Positions 29,574 to 38,852 of a DNA stretch of 55,721 nucleotides are shown here, piece by piece. This stretch comes from Candidatus Eiseniibacteriota bacterium. GTDB lineage: Bacteria; Eisenbacteria; RBG-16-71-46. The notes below the pieces were generated by a model. The model did no database searches, was not told the origin of the DNA, and saw only the letters and a program-made list of their open reading frames with translations. A program made the translations under genes and the position numbers. The DNA lies in contig JANLWX010000202.1 of the NCBI GenBank assembly GCA_031364845.1, positions 1 to 55,721 on the forward strand. The letters run 5' to 3'. Position 1 is the first letter of the stretch; every line of letters begins with the position of its first letter.

Positions 29574-29834
29574 ATGAGCATTCTGTGGGCAGTCATCGTC
29601 GGCTTCATCGTCGGCGCTCTCGCGAGATTCATCATGCCGGGCAAGGACTCGGCCGGTTTCATGGTCACGACGCTGCTCGGGATCGCCGGTGCGCTGGTCG
29701 CCAGCTTCCTCGGTCGCTCGCTCGGCTGGTATCAGGATGGCGAGTCTGCCGGGTTCATCGCGGCACTGGTCGGAGCCGTGCTGTTGCTCGCCGTGTTCCG
29801 GATGGTGAAGCGCCCGCGCGCGCTGCATTCGTAG
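29574..29834 (+). CDS. GlsB/YeaQ/YmgE (transglycosylase-associated) stress membrane protein
   Basis: IVGFIVGALARFIMPGKD...LLGIAGA...GFIAALVGAVLLL; RBS AAGGAGG. Confidence 0.92.
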   Translation: MSILWAVIVGFIVGALARFIMPGKDSAGFMVTTLLGIAGALVASFLGRSLGWYQDGESAGFIAALVGAVLLLAVFRMVKRPRALHS

Positions 29835-29995
29835 ATTTGTAGATTCAGAGTGGGGCAGGTCGACACGATCGGGTGGCGTTCGCGCCACGCTTCCTGCCGG
29901 CCTGCTCTTTCTCATGTTCACGTCGACGTCAAGCGATGAAGCGAACGGCCCGTTTTTCCCGAGGACTGAGCGGATATCGGCTTCGTGAAGCACTC

Positions 29996-30011
29996 TGGCA
30001 CTGACCGTGCT
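29996..30011 (+). promoter_or_regulatory. Candidate sigma54 promoter
   Basis: TGGCAC-TGACC-GTGCT (GG-N10-GC). Confidence 0.5.
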
Positions 30012-30056
30012 CTACCGTGGCTCGAGGCCCGGTAAGCACCATCAGCAGGAGGAGCC

Positions 30057-30491
30057 ATGAACCAACGACGATCGGCCATCATCGCACTGCTCGTGTTCGG
30101 TCTCAGTTCGAGTGTCGTCTCCGGCGCGCTCGCGGACCGCGGGCACAACGGCTCGCGCGGAAACGACTGGAACGAGTCCGGTGGCCGGCGCAGCGGCGCG
30201 TGGAACAGTTGGGATACTCGTGAGCGCCGAGGCTCCGAGCGTTCCTACTACTACGAGGATCCGTACTGCGGAACGCGGTCGAGTCACGTCAGCGACTTCA
30301 AGCAGCACTACGGCAGAGCCCGCCACGCGGCGCTGATCCTCAAGGTCGACATTCGCAGCGGACGCGTGACGGACCGGTATCGCTACGATCGAAACGAACA
30401 GGAGTGGCGCGATTGGGATCGCCGTTCGCGGTCCTGTGACGATGACGATCGCGACCACCGGAATTCACGATCGCGGGATCGCGACGACTAG
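30057..30491 (+). CDS. Small secreted Arg/Asp-rich hypothetical protein
   Basis: RBS AGGAGGAG; signal peptide ending ALA|D; YYYEDPYCG...H core. Confidence 0.75.
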   Translation: MNQRRSAIIALLVFGLSSSVVSGALADRGHNGSRGNDWNESGGRRSGAWNSWDTRERRGSERSYYYEDPYCGTRSSHVSDFKQHYGRARHAALILKVDIRSGRVTDRYRYDRNEQEWRDWDRRSRSCDDDDRDHRNSRSRDRDD

Positions 30492-30650
30492 GGAATTCCC
30501 CGCAGGCACAACCCAAGGCGCCGGTGTCGTGAGATGCGAAGCCATCTCAGGCACCGGCGCCTCTTCATGCGCTCGATCGTCGGTACGCCACGCTTGCGAC
30601 GAACGGTGCGCGGGGTGGCGGTCGATGCGGGAGGCGGATAGAATCACCGC

Positions 30651-33014
30651 ATGAGTCCACGCTCCGGGGTGATCGTCTTCGCCATGACGCTCATCTTGCC
30701 GGCGTTGTTCACGGCCGTCTCGTTCGCCGCGCCAATCCTCGAAGCGTCGCCGTTCCTGAGCTTTCCCGGCGTCACGCTCGGCGACACGGTGTCCACTGAA
30801 CTCGTGCTCGCCAATCGTGGCGACGCGCTGCTCGCCGTGACCGCGATCGATCTGCCGGCGGGTGTCGCCGCTTCGCCCGCACCGCCGTTCGATCTCGTGC
30901 CCGGAGAATCGCTGCGAATCGCCGTCGTGCTCGCGGCGATCGATACGTCGAATGCCGCGGGTTCGCTCACGATCCGCTCCAACGACCCGGCGGCTCCCGA
31001 AACGCCGGTCACGTGGCGGCCCAACGTGCGCGCGTTGAAGTTTGCGACGCGCGCGCTCACGACCGGGGGCCGCTACCCGCTGGGCGAGGCGATCGTCGTG
31101 CAGTCGACTCCGGCCGACAGCGTTCACATCGAGTCGATGACGTTGTTCTATCGCTCGGGAAATGCGTTCCGCTTCCAGCCGATCGAGATGACGGGCGATC
31201 GAACCACGTTCATCGCGATCATTCCCAGCCTGTTCGTGCTCGAAGGCGGCGTCGAGTACTACGCGATGGGAACCAACAGCGGATTCACGGCCACGGATCC
31301 GCCGCTGGGCGAACTGCGCCCGAACCAGGTCGAGGTCGACTCACCGCTCAACTATCAGCTGAGTCCCGTGGTGCGTAATGCGGGTTTCATCTGGCGCGCC
31401 GGTGAGAGCATCGACTTCCTGCTCACGTTGTCGCGCGGGACGGTGTTCCAGGAGGGAACGCTGTTCTACCGCCGCGTCGGCGAAAGCGAGTATCAGGAGA
31501 CACCGATCCTCGAGATCTCGTTCACCGGAATCGCCGCCAGCATCCCCGGTTTCTTTGTGGGGCCGGCGGGAGTGGAGTACTGGTCCGAGATCACGAGCCT
31601 GACCCGCACGATGTCCGACCCGGTCGAAGAGGGGAGGCTGAAGCCGCACGTGCTGCGCGCCACCAGCGAGATGCTCGAGGAACCGCAAACGCATCGGGGC
31701 GGACGGTATCGCATGCTGTCGATTCCGCTCGAGATGCCGGCCGGCACCGGTCTGCCCGCGATCCTGACCGACGACGACGTGTTCGGAGCCTATGACCCCG
31801 CGCGGTGGCGGGCGTTCCGCTATCTGCCCGAACTCAGAACCCACGTGGAGCTGTCCCCGGAGCGCGCCGACGCTTTCACGCTGGTCCCCGGCCGCGCGTT
31901 CTGGCTCATCAGCCGCCGGGCGCATCATGTCGACACCGCACCCGTGCCGGGCGTCTCGACGCCGGCGGCGCGCGACTTCACGCTCGTGCTGGAACCCGGA
32001 TGGAATCAGATCGGCAATCCGTTTGCGTTCCCGGTGGCATGGACGTCGGTGCGCCGGACCGGCGGCGTCGGCGATCCGGTCGCGTACGATTCTGAACTCG
32101 GCGACTACACCGAACTCGTTCCGCGCGATCTCGAACCGTTCGCCGGTTACTTCATCGAGAACACGTCCTCCGTGCCGGAGACACTGTCGATTCCCGCAGT
32201 CTCCACCGACTCCGTGGCCACGTCGCCGTTGCCGGCACCGCCCGCACCCGGCGAGGTGAAGGTGGTAGTGGCCCTGGAAGCCCGTTGTGCCGGAGGCGTC
32301 GACCGCGCCAACCGTGCCGGCATCGCTTCCGACGCACTCACCGGTCGCGATGCGCGCGATCGAGCGAAGCCACCGCGCGCGCCGGGTGCGAGCGTGCGCC
32401 TTGCGATCGCCCATCGCGAGTGGCCGGAGCATCCCGGTCTCTACCGTCACGACTTCCGCCCTCCGGACCCTGCGGGCCATTCGTGGGATCTGGAAGTCAC
32501 GAGTGCCACAGCGGGCGAGGCAATCGAGTTGACGATCCGTTTGGAAGGCCGGCTCGAAGACGGAATGTCGCTGCGGCTCTTCGATCGGGACGTGGGAAGC
32601 ATGATCGATTTGCCGGCGGGAGTGACCGAGTGGCGTCACACGGTGCTCTCGCTCGGGCCCGAGCAACCCTGCCGGCTCACGCTGGTCATGGGGCCGCGGA
32701 ACGGCGATGCCGGCGCCGGCCTGCGAACGCTGCCGGCACGGCTCGAACTCGACGCGATGTCGCCGAACCCCGCGCGCGGAGCTCAGCGCCTCCGCTTCGG
32801 CGTTCCCCACGCGATGCCGGTGCGGATCGACGTGTTCGACGTGGCCGGCCGCCACGTGGCGCGCCTGCTCGAGGAGGCCGAGCAGAGCGCCGGCTATCAC
32901 TCGGTGATCTGGCAGCCGGCGCGGGACGCCGCTCGGTCCGCAAGCGGTGTGCACTTCGTTCGCCTCACCGCCGGCGGAGAAACGCTCACCGTGCGTTCGG
33001 TCATTCTCGAATGA
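30651..33014 (+). CDS. Secreted Ig-like multidomain protein with C-terminal FlgD-Ig/T9SS-like domain
   Basis: Signal peptide; ASH/choice-of-anchor-D-like N-terminus (NRGDALL.V...LTIRSND); two LFYR...IP...GVEY repeats; GWNQIGNPF; C-terminal PNP...DVAGRHV...SGVHFVR. Confidence 0.8.
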   Translation: MSPRSGVIVFAMTLILPALFTAVSFAAPILEASPFLSFPGVTLGDTVSTELVLANRGDALLAVTAIDLPAGVAASPAPPFDLVPGESLRIAVVLAAIDTSNAAGSLTIRSNDPAAPETPVTWRPNVRALKFATRALTTGGRYPLGEAIVVQSTPADSVHIESMTLFYRSGNAFRFQPIEMTGDRTTFIAIIPSLFVLEGGVEYYAMGTNSGFTATDPPLGELRPNQVEVDSPLNYQLSPVVRNAGFIWRAGESIDFLLTLSRGTVFQEGTLFYRRVGESEYQETPILEISFTGIAASIPGFFVGPAGVEYWSEITSLTRTMSDPVEEGRLKPHVLRATSEMLEEPQTHRGGRYRMLSIPLEMPAGTGLPAILTDDDVFGAYDPARWRAFRYLPELRTHVELSPERADAFTLVPGRAFWLISRRAHHVDTAPVPGVSTPAARDFTLVLEPGWNQIGNPFAFPVAWTSVRRTGGVGDPVAYDSELGDYTELVPRDLEPFAGYFIENTSSVPETLSIPAVSTDSVATSPLPAPPAPGEVKVVVALEARCAGGVDRANRAGIASDALTGRDARDRAKPPRAPGASVRLAIAHREWPEHPGLYRHDFRPPDPAGHSWDLEVTSATAGEAIELTIRLEGRLEDGMSLRLFDRDVGSMIDLPAGVTEWRHTVLSLGPEQPCRLTLVMGPRNGDAGAGLRTLPARLELDAMSPNPARGAQRLRFGVPHAMPVRIDVFDVAGRHVARLLEEAEQSAGYHSVIWQPARDAARSASGVHFVRLTAGGETLTVRSVILE

Positions 33015-33093
33015 GACGCGCGGCCTCCGCGCGCTCGAAGCCGGGCGCGTGAGAAAGCCTCCGGCTTCGGTGATCGCTCCGTCGGTACCGATC

Positions 33094-34371
33094 ATGCGGC
33101 GCGACGCGGCGCGCTTCATGTTCCCGCCCGACTTCCTGTGGGGGGCCGCGACCTCGGCGCATCAGGTCGAAGGCGGCAACACCAACAACGACTGGTCGGC
33201 GTGGGAAGAGGCGGGCAGGGTGCCCGTGCCCGCGGGTCTCGCGTGCGATCACTACCACCGGTTTCGCGAGGACTTCGATCTCGCGCGGAATCTGTTCCAC
33301 AACGCGCATCGGTTCTCACTCGAATGGAGCCGCATCGAGCCCGAGGAGGGCCGCTTCTCGGAGACCGCGCTGCGGCACTATCGCGACGTGATCGAGGCCC
33401 TGAAGGAGCGCAACATCGAGCCGGTGGTGACGATCCATCACTACACGATCCCGCGCTGGCTCGCGGAGCGTGGCGGCTGGGAGAACGGCGAGATCGAACG
33501 TTACTTCCTGCGCTACGTGAAGCGCGTGGTGACCGACTACGGCGATCTCGTGCGCTGGTGGATCACGCTCAACGAGCCGGTGGTTCAGGTCTTCAAGGGC
33601 TGGATCATCGGACAGTGGCCGCCGGGCCGGGTCGCGGATTATCCGCGCGCCTTCCAGGTGATCCGCCACATGCTGAGGGCCCACGTGTGCGCCTACCACG
33701 CGATCCACGAGCGCCGGCCGGACGCGATGGTGAGTGTTGCCAAGCATTGTCTGGCACTCACCCCCAACCATCCGCACAATCCGTTCGACGTGGCCTCGAC
33801 CTGGGGGCGCGACTTCATGTTCAACCAGCTCTTCATCGAAGCGCTTCACACCGGATGGCTGGCGTTCCCTGGACAGTTCTTCGAGCGGTTGCCGTTCGGA
33901 CGCACGCTCGACTTCATCGGGATCAACTACTACACGCGCGACTTCGTGCGGAACACCGGACTCAATCTGCCCGGGATCGTCGGGCTCTCGGGCACGCTCG
34001 AGAACGAACGCAAGATCGGCAAGCGGAATCATCTGGGGTGGGAGGTGTACCCGGAGGGGCTGGGCCATTTCCTCAAGGTGTTCCGCCGCTACCGGCTGCC
34101 ATTGCTCATCACCGAGAACGGCGTTCCGGCCAACGACGAGGACGATCGCTGGGGGTTCATCTACCTGCATCTGTGGCAGGTCATGCGCGCGATGTCCGCC
34201 GGAGTGCCGGTGGTGGGTTATCTCTACTGGTCGTTGCTCGACAACTACGAGTGGGCCGACGGGTACGACGCGAGATTCGGATTGATTGGCGTCCGCTTCG
34301 CTACCCAGGAGCGCGTGGTCCGGCCGAGTGCGCGCTGGCTCGCCGAGGTGATCGAGAAGCGGTCCCTTTGA
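33094..34371 (+). CDS. Glycoside hydrolase family 1 (beta-glucosidase/beta-galactosidase)
   Basis: FLWGAATSAHQVEG, RFSLEWSRI, TLNEP (acid/base), ITENG (nucleophile), WSLLDNYEW. Alternative start at 33118. Confidence 0.95.
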   Translation: MRRDAARFMFPPDFLWGAATSAHQVEGGNTNNDWSAWEEAGRVPVPAGLACDHYHRFREDFDLARNLFHNAHRFSLEWSRIEPEEGRFSETALRHYRDVIEALKERNIEPVVTIHHYTIPRWLAERGGWENGEIERYFLRYVKRVVTDYGDLVRWWITLNEPVVQVFKGWIIGQWPPGRVADYPRAFQVIRHMLRAHVCAYHAIHERRPDAMVSVAKHCLALTPNHPHNPFDVASTWGRDFMFNQLFIEALHTGWLAFPGQFFERLPFGRTLDFIGINYYTRDFVRNTGLNLPGIVGLSGTLENERKIGKRNHLGWEVYPEGLGHFLKVFRRYRLPLLITENGVPANDEDDRWGFIYLHLWQVMRAMSAGVPVVGYLYWSLLDNYEWADGYDARFGLIGVRFATQERVVRPSARWLAEVIEKRSL

Positions 34372-34577
34372 CCTGGTGCACCGGTGACGGAGCAAGGATT
34401 CCAGACTTCGTGACGTGCAGGGCAACTTCGTTCAGTTCGGGTGTGCCGCCGCGAACATTGCCTGCATTTCAACCCCTGCCGAAGCCGGATTCCCGAAGCA
34501 TTCCTTCGTGAGTTCACCTAAACTCATTGAAGTAAGTAATTTGCGTTTCACGATCTACCCCGAACCGGAGTTGAGCC

Positions 34578-35630
34578 ATGTCCCTTGCTTCCACTCGCAC
34601 ACGGGCTGCCCTGGTGGCGGCCATCGTTTCACTGGCGCTGACGGCGGGAACCGCCTTCGCCATCACGTCCGTGACGCTGCCGGGCGAATTCCAGAGCGAG
34701 TTGGGCTGCGCCGGCGACTGGATGCCGGATGGTGCCTGCACGCATCTGACTTACAACGGCGGCCTCGACAAGTGGATCGGGACGTTCAGCATCCCGGCGG
34801 GCACGTATCAGTACAAGGTCGCGATCGATGATTCCTGGGGCGAGAATTACGGCGTCGGCGGATCACCTGGCGGCGCGAACTATGCGCTGACGCTCGCCGC
34901 GCAGCAGACCGTCACCTTCACGTACGACCACGTCACGCACGTCGTCAGCCACGACGCGAACGTACCGTTGCCGGGAAGCGTCACGCTCGCCGGAGATCTC
35001 CAGAGCGAGCAGGGCTGCGCCGCAGACTGGATGCCGGATTGCGCGAACACGCACCTGACGTTCAACGGCGGCCTCAACAAGTTCGTCGGAACCTACACGC
35101 TGCCGGCGGGGAGTTATCAGTACAAGATCGCGATCGACGACTCGTGGACCGAGAACTACGGCGTCGGTGGCGCGTTCAACGGCGGGAACTACTCGCTCAC
35201 ACTGCCCGGCGCGCAAATGGTCACGTTCACCTACGACCATGTGACGCACCTGTTGACCGATGATTCGAATGCGCCGCTGATCGTGATCGCGGCCGGCAGC
35301 TTCCAGTCCGAGGCGGGATGCGCCGGCGACTGGATGCCGGATTGCCTTACGACCCAGTTGCTGGCTTCAGGAAGCCTGTATTCGTACACGAGCAGCACGC
35401 TGCCCGCGGGCGACTACGAGTTCAAGATCACGATCGGGCAGTCCTGGGGCGAGAACTACGGCCAGGGTGGTTCTCCCGGCGGAGCGAACCTGCCGTTCTC
35501 GGTTCCCCCGAGCGGCGCGCTCGTGACCATCACCTATGACCCGGTGACTCACGTGCCCGGCGTGACCGTGGACACCGGAACACCGACTCGCGCGAGCACC
35601 TGGGGCCGGGTCAAGTCGCTGTACCGCTAG
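34578..35630 (+). CDS. Secreted protein with three tandem pullulanase X25-like (alpha-glucan-binding) modules and a C-terminal TWGRVKSLYR tail
   Basis: Three repeats of G.FQSE.GC..DWMPD...LPAG.Y.YK.AI..SW.ENYG..G; no catalytic domain seen; signal peptide ending AFA. Confidence 0.8.
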   Translation: MSLASTRTRAALVAAIVSLALTAGTAFAITSVTLPGEFQSELGCAGDWMPDGACTHLTYNGGLDKWIGTFSIPAGTYQYKVAIDDSWGENYGVGGSPGGANYALTLAAQQTVTFTYDHVTHVVSHDANVPLPGSVTLAGDLQSEQGCAADWMPDCANTHLTFNGGLNKFVGTYTLPAGSYQYKIAIDDSWTENYGVGGAFNGGNYSLTLPGAQMVTFTYDHVTHLLTDDSNAPLIVIAAGSFQSEAGCAGDWMPDCLTTQLLASGSLYSYTSSTLPAGDYEFKITIGQSWGENYGQGGSPGGANLPFSVPPSGALVTITYDPVTHVPGVTVDTGTPTRASTWGRVKSLYR

Positions 35631-35660
35631 CCGCAGCGGCATCGGCAGCCCGGTCGATCG

Positions 35661-35693
35661 GCGCCCCGCACCTCTTCTCGAGGGGCGGGGCGC
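35661..35693 (+). terminator. GC-rich hairpin, probable terminator
   Basis: GCGCCCCGC-A-CCTC...GAGG-G-GCGGGGCGC followed by a pyrimidine-rich tract. Confidence 0.6.
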
Positions 35694-35816
35694 TCTCGAT
35701 TTCCACTTCTGTCTTCTTCACTCGAGTCCGCCACAGAGGTAGTCTAGCCGCGGTTCACGCCGCAAGACGAAGCTCTGGTCGGGGCCCGCTCCCCGCAAAC
35801 CCAAGGAGTTCCATCC

Positions 35817-36704
35817 ATGAAGCAGGCTACGATTCTTACCGCGACCCTGATGGTCGCAACCCTGGCGGCGTCGTCCGCCTCGGCCATCACGGTGGATGGA
35901 GTGCTCGACGCCGGTTACGGCGTGGCGCGCTCGATCCAGACCACACAGACCAACTTCGGCGACAACAACCTCGGGCAGTTCGGATTCGCGAACGGGTCGG
36001 AGCTGGATGCGGCGTTCGTCGCGTACGACGGCAACATGATGTACCTGTTCCTGTCGGGCAACGCCGAGTCGAACTTCAACAAGATCGAAGTGTTCATCGA
36101 TGCTGCGGCCGGCGGACAGAACCGGCTGCGCGGCGACAATGCCGATGTCGACTTCAACGGGCTGAACCGCATGAGCGACCTCAACTTCGATACCGGATTC
36201 GATGCCGATTACTATCTGACGTTCGGTGGTGGCGATGTCGGCGGCGGCGACTACAAGCTGTTCGGAAACTTCGCCACGCTTCCGACCGGCGGTGCCGGAA
36301 CCGGAACGTTCCTCGGCGGCACCGATGAGAGCGCATACACGGCGGGTCCGAATGCGCTCGGTATCGAGTTCACGATCGACAACCGCAACGTGGCCGGCCA
36401 GCAGGGCGGGTGCGCGGCGGGTTCGGGCGCCGGCACGTTTACGGGTCTCGAGATCGCGATTCCGCTCGCCTCGATCGGCAACCCGGGAGACTGCATCAAG
36501 ATACTCGCGTTCGTGAACGGCGGGTCGCACGACTTCCTCGCGAACCAGACGCTCGGACCGCTCGCACCCGGAACGTGCAATCTCGGTGACCCGCACAGTG
36601 TCGACTTCCGCGCGCAGGCCGATGACCAGTTCTTCGGTGTCTGCGACCTGCCGACGCCGGCCAAGTCCGCGACGTGGGGAACGGTCAAGACGCTGTACCG
36701 GTAG
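35817..36704 (+). CDS. Secreted Gly/Asp/Asn-rich protein with C-terminal TWGTVKTLYR tail
   Basis: RBS AAGGAG; signal peptide ending ASA|ITVDG; GSELD...GLEIAIPL fold motifs. Confidence 0.8.
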   Translation: MKQATILTATLMVATLAASSASAITVDGVLDAGYGVARSIQTTQTNFGDNNLGQFGFANGSELDAAFVAYDGNMMYLFLSGNAESNFNKIEVFIDAAAGGQNRLRGDNADVDFNGLNRMSDLNFDTGFDADYYLTFGGGDVGGGDYKLFGNFATLPTGGAGTGTFLGGTDESAYTAGPNALGIEFTIDNRNVAGQQGGCAAGSGAGTFTGLEIAIPLASIGNPGDCIKILAFVNGGSHDFLANQTLGPLAPGTCNLGDPHSVDFRAQADDQFFGVCDLPTPAKSATWGTVKTLYR

Positions 36705-36709
36705 ATGCA

Positions 36710-36744
36710 TTCGGGCCCTTCCGCCGATGGCGGGAGGGCCCGAA
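36710..36744. terminator. Hairpin between convergent genes (likely bidirectional terminator)
   Basis: TTCGGGCCCTTCCGCC-GAT-GGCGGGAGGGCCCGAA. Confidence 0.7.
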
Positions 36745-36817
36745 GTCTGTCTTGAAAAGAGCGTGATCCAAGAAGGTGCACGGAGCCCGCGCTCATTCCA
36801 TTGTGATCCTCAGCCCG

Positions 36818-38566
36818 TCACCAGAGGCGCGTGACCCGCGTGACTCTCGGTGATGATCCGGTGTCGATGCGCACGAAGTAGACCCCGGCGGGCGTCATGA
36901 GCCCCGCGTCGTCGCGCCCATCCCATTGGAGATCGTGAGATCCGGCGGGGAACGCGCGATTTGCGAGGGAACGAATCCGCCGTCCGGCGACATCGGTCAC
37001 CGTCACCTGCGCGCGTCCGGCGCGAGGCATGGCGAACTGAACGCTCACCGCACCCGCGGTGGGATTGGGCACCGAGCGCGCGGCTGTTTGAATCTCGCGC
37101 GAGATCGGTTCCACCCCGACGACAGGAGCCGACGAACGGAAGTTCGTTCCGCTGATCGTGATCGTCGCGGCACCCGAACTGCGGAACGACATCGAGGAGA
37201 TGTTGTCCGGCACCGGCAGCGGAGCGCCGCCGCTGATCGGGCGCATGCGGATCTCGTCGGCCAGATACTCCACGCCGCCGACCGTGACCGGCGAGCCCGG
37301 ACACGGATGCGTGATGCAGATGATGCGGTACTCCTCGCCATCGTCGTATGCCTTCATCAGCGTGACGTGCCCGTCGCCCCACTTGCGCGCGCCATCCGGA
37401 GGGTTCGGGATGTCCGCGATCTGCACGCCCTCGCGGTAGAGCATCACGCGATAGCCGGTGGCGCCGACTGCCGAGAAGTCCGGAACGTAGGCCCACTCGT
37501 CGCCGACGAACGTGCACGCGAGGGTACCCAGCGAATGGTCAGGAACTCCGCCGAGGCTGCCGAACGCCTCCACCATCACTTCGCCGGGTGCGGAGGAGCT
37601 CTGCTCCGCGTCCGAGATCGACATGCCGAGTTCGTCGACGCGGCAGCATGTGCGTTCACCGGTCACGCTCACGCCGTCCTGGCCCGAGGAGCCGATGTTG
37701 CTGATCACGAGCTGGCCGCCGGAGCCGCCGCCACCGCCACCCGAACCGTAGAGCGCATCGCCCAGCGCGACGAGATTGCCCGAGTCATCAGGGCCGTTGG
37801 GACAGCCGGCGCACGGCGGCACGATGCCTTGCTCCGCAATCGCGAGCGTACCCGTTCCCGAGGGCACTGAACACGTAAGCCGCATCGACGTGAGTTCGGT
37901 GATCGGAGCGCCGGTGTCGCGGATGAAACGGATTGCCGTGACGTCAGACGTGGACCCGTCGCTGAACGTGGCGATGGCCTGCCAGGTGAGTTTGGACTCG
38001 AGCGTTCCGTACAGTGGGTTGTTCTGAATTCCCGACATGTCCGCTTCGTAGAGCGGATTCACTCCGGAGGCGGCCAGGTGAACGACCGCCGGCGGCGGCT
38101 GATACTTGCGATGCACTACCGCACCCGCGGCATTGGTGCCCACCACCCAGACGCCTGCGGCTCCGACATCCGAGAAGTCCGCGGTCAACGTGATGCTTCC
38201 GTCGGAGTTGCGCACGGAATGCAGCGATCCCGCGCTCACGACCGCGCCCGTGCCTCCGGAAACTCCGCGCATTTCGAGCGTGTGAGAGGAACCGGGGTCG
38301 GCATCGGGCGGGCTGTCCCAGCGGAGCGCCTGCCCACGAATGACGGGTGGGAGGTCGATGGCGACGCCGTCCAGACCGCTGCTGCCGATGTTGCTCACCA
38401 CCAGCTTGCGACCGGCGGGGTCGGCCACGACTTGAAGGGTGGCACTGCCGAGGGCGTTGTGGAGGAGGCCGTCGTGCTGGACCTGAGCGGCCACCGGTGT
38501 GGCGAGAGGGATGGCCGCAAGGGCCATGATGGCAAGCGAATGGAGGACGGTGGTGCCGGATCGCAT
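36818..38566 (-). CDS. Secreted protein with a duplicated unknown domain ('SNIGSSGxDGV') and a C-terminal FlgD-Ig/T9SS-like domain
   Basis: RBS GAGGAG before ATG 38566; signal peptide ending VAA|Q; two copies of ALG.A...LV.SNIGSSG.DGV...DFS.VGA.G; C-terminal PNP...DVAGRRI...WDGRDD.G...GVYFVR. Confidence 0.8.
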   Translation of the reverse strand: MRSGTTVLHSLAIMALAAIPLATPVAAQVQHDGLLHNALGSATLQVVADPAGRKLVVSNIGSSGLDGVAIDLPPVIRGQALRWDSPPDADPGSSHTLEMRGVSGGTGAVVSAGSLHSVRNSDGSITLTADFSDVGAAGVWVVGTNAAGAVVHRKYQPPPAVVHLAASGVNPLYEADMSGIQNNPLYGTLESKLTWQAIATFSDGSTSDVTAIRFIRDTGAPITELTSMRLTCSVPSGTGTLAIAEQGIVPPCAGCPNGPDDSGNLVALGDALYGSGGGGGGSGGQLVISNIGSSGQDGVSVTGERTCCRVDELGMSISDAEQSSSAPGEVMVEAFGSLGGVPDHSLGTLACTFVGDEWAYVPDFSAVGATGYRVMLYREGVQIADIPNPPDGARKWGDGHVTLMKAYDDGEEYRIICITHPCPGSPVTVGGVEYLADEIRMRPISGGAPLPVPDNISSMSFRSSGAATITISGTNFRSSAPVVGVEPISREIQTAARSVPNPTAGAVSVQFAMPRAGRAQVTVTDVAGRRIRSLANRAFPAGSHDLQWDGRDDAGLMTPAGVYFVRIDTGSSPRVTRVTRLW

Positions 38567-38852
38567 GAATGGCTCCTCGGGTGAGACGGCTCGAACCGGG
38601 CTGCAGGGAGAGCGGCCAACGCCGACACTATAACGCCTGACCTTCGTCCGGAGGCTGCAATATTTCTCGGTGTGAAGGGGTTTGGGGGGCGCTTCAGCCC
38701 GGAGGCCCGAAAAGTCCTTCACCTGGGCTTCGCCGCCAGCGTAAGATTGTGCGCGGATACGCCCACATTCACAGGTATCGAGGCCGCAAGGGACCCCTCC
38801 CCAGACGCCGCGAACTCGGCTGGTCCCAGCCCCCGGAAAGGTTGCCCCGATC

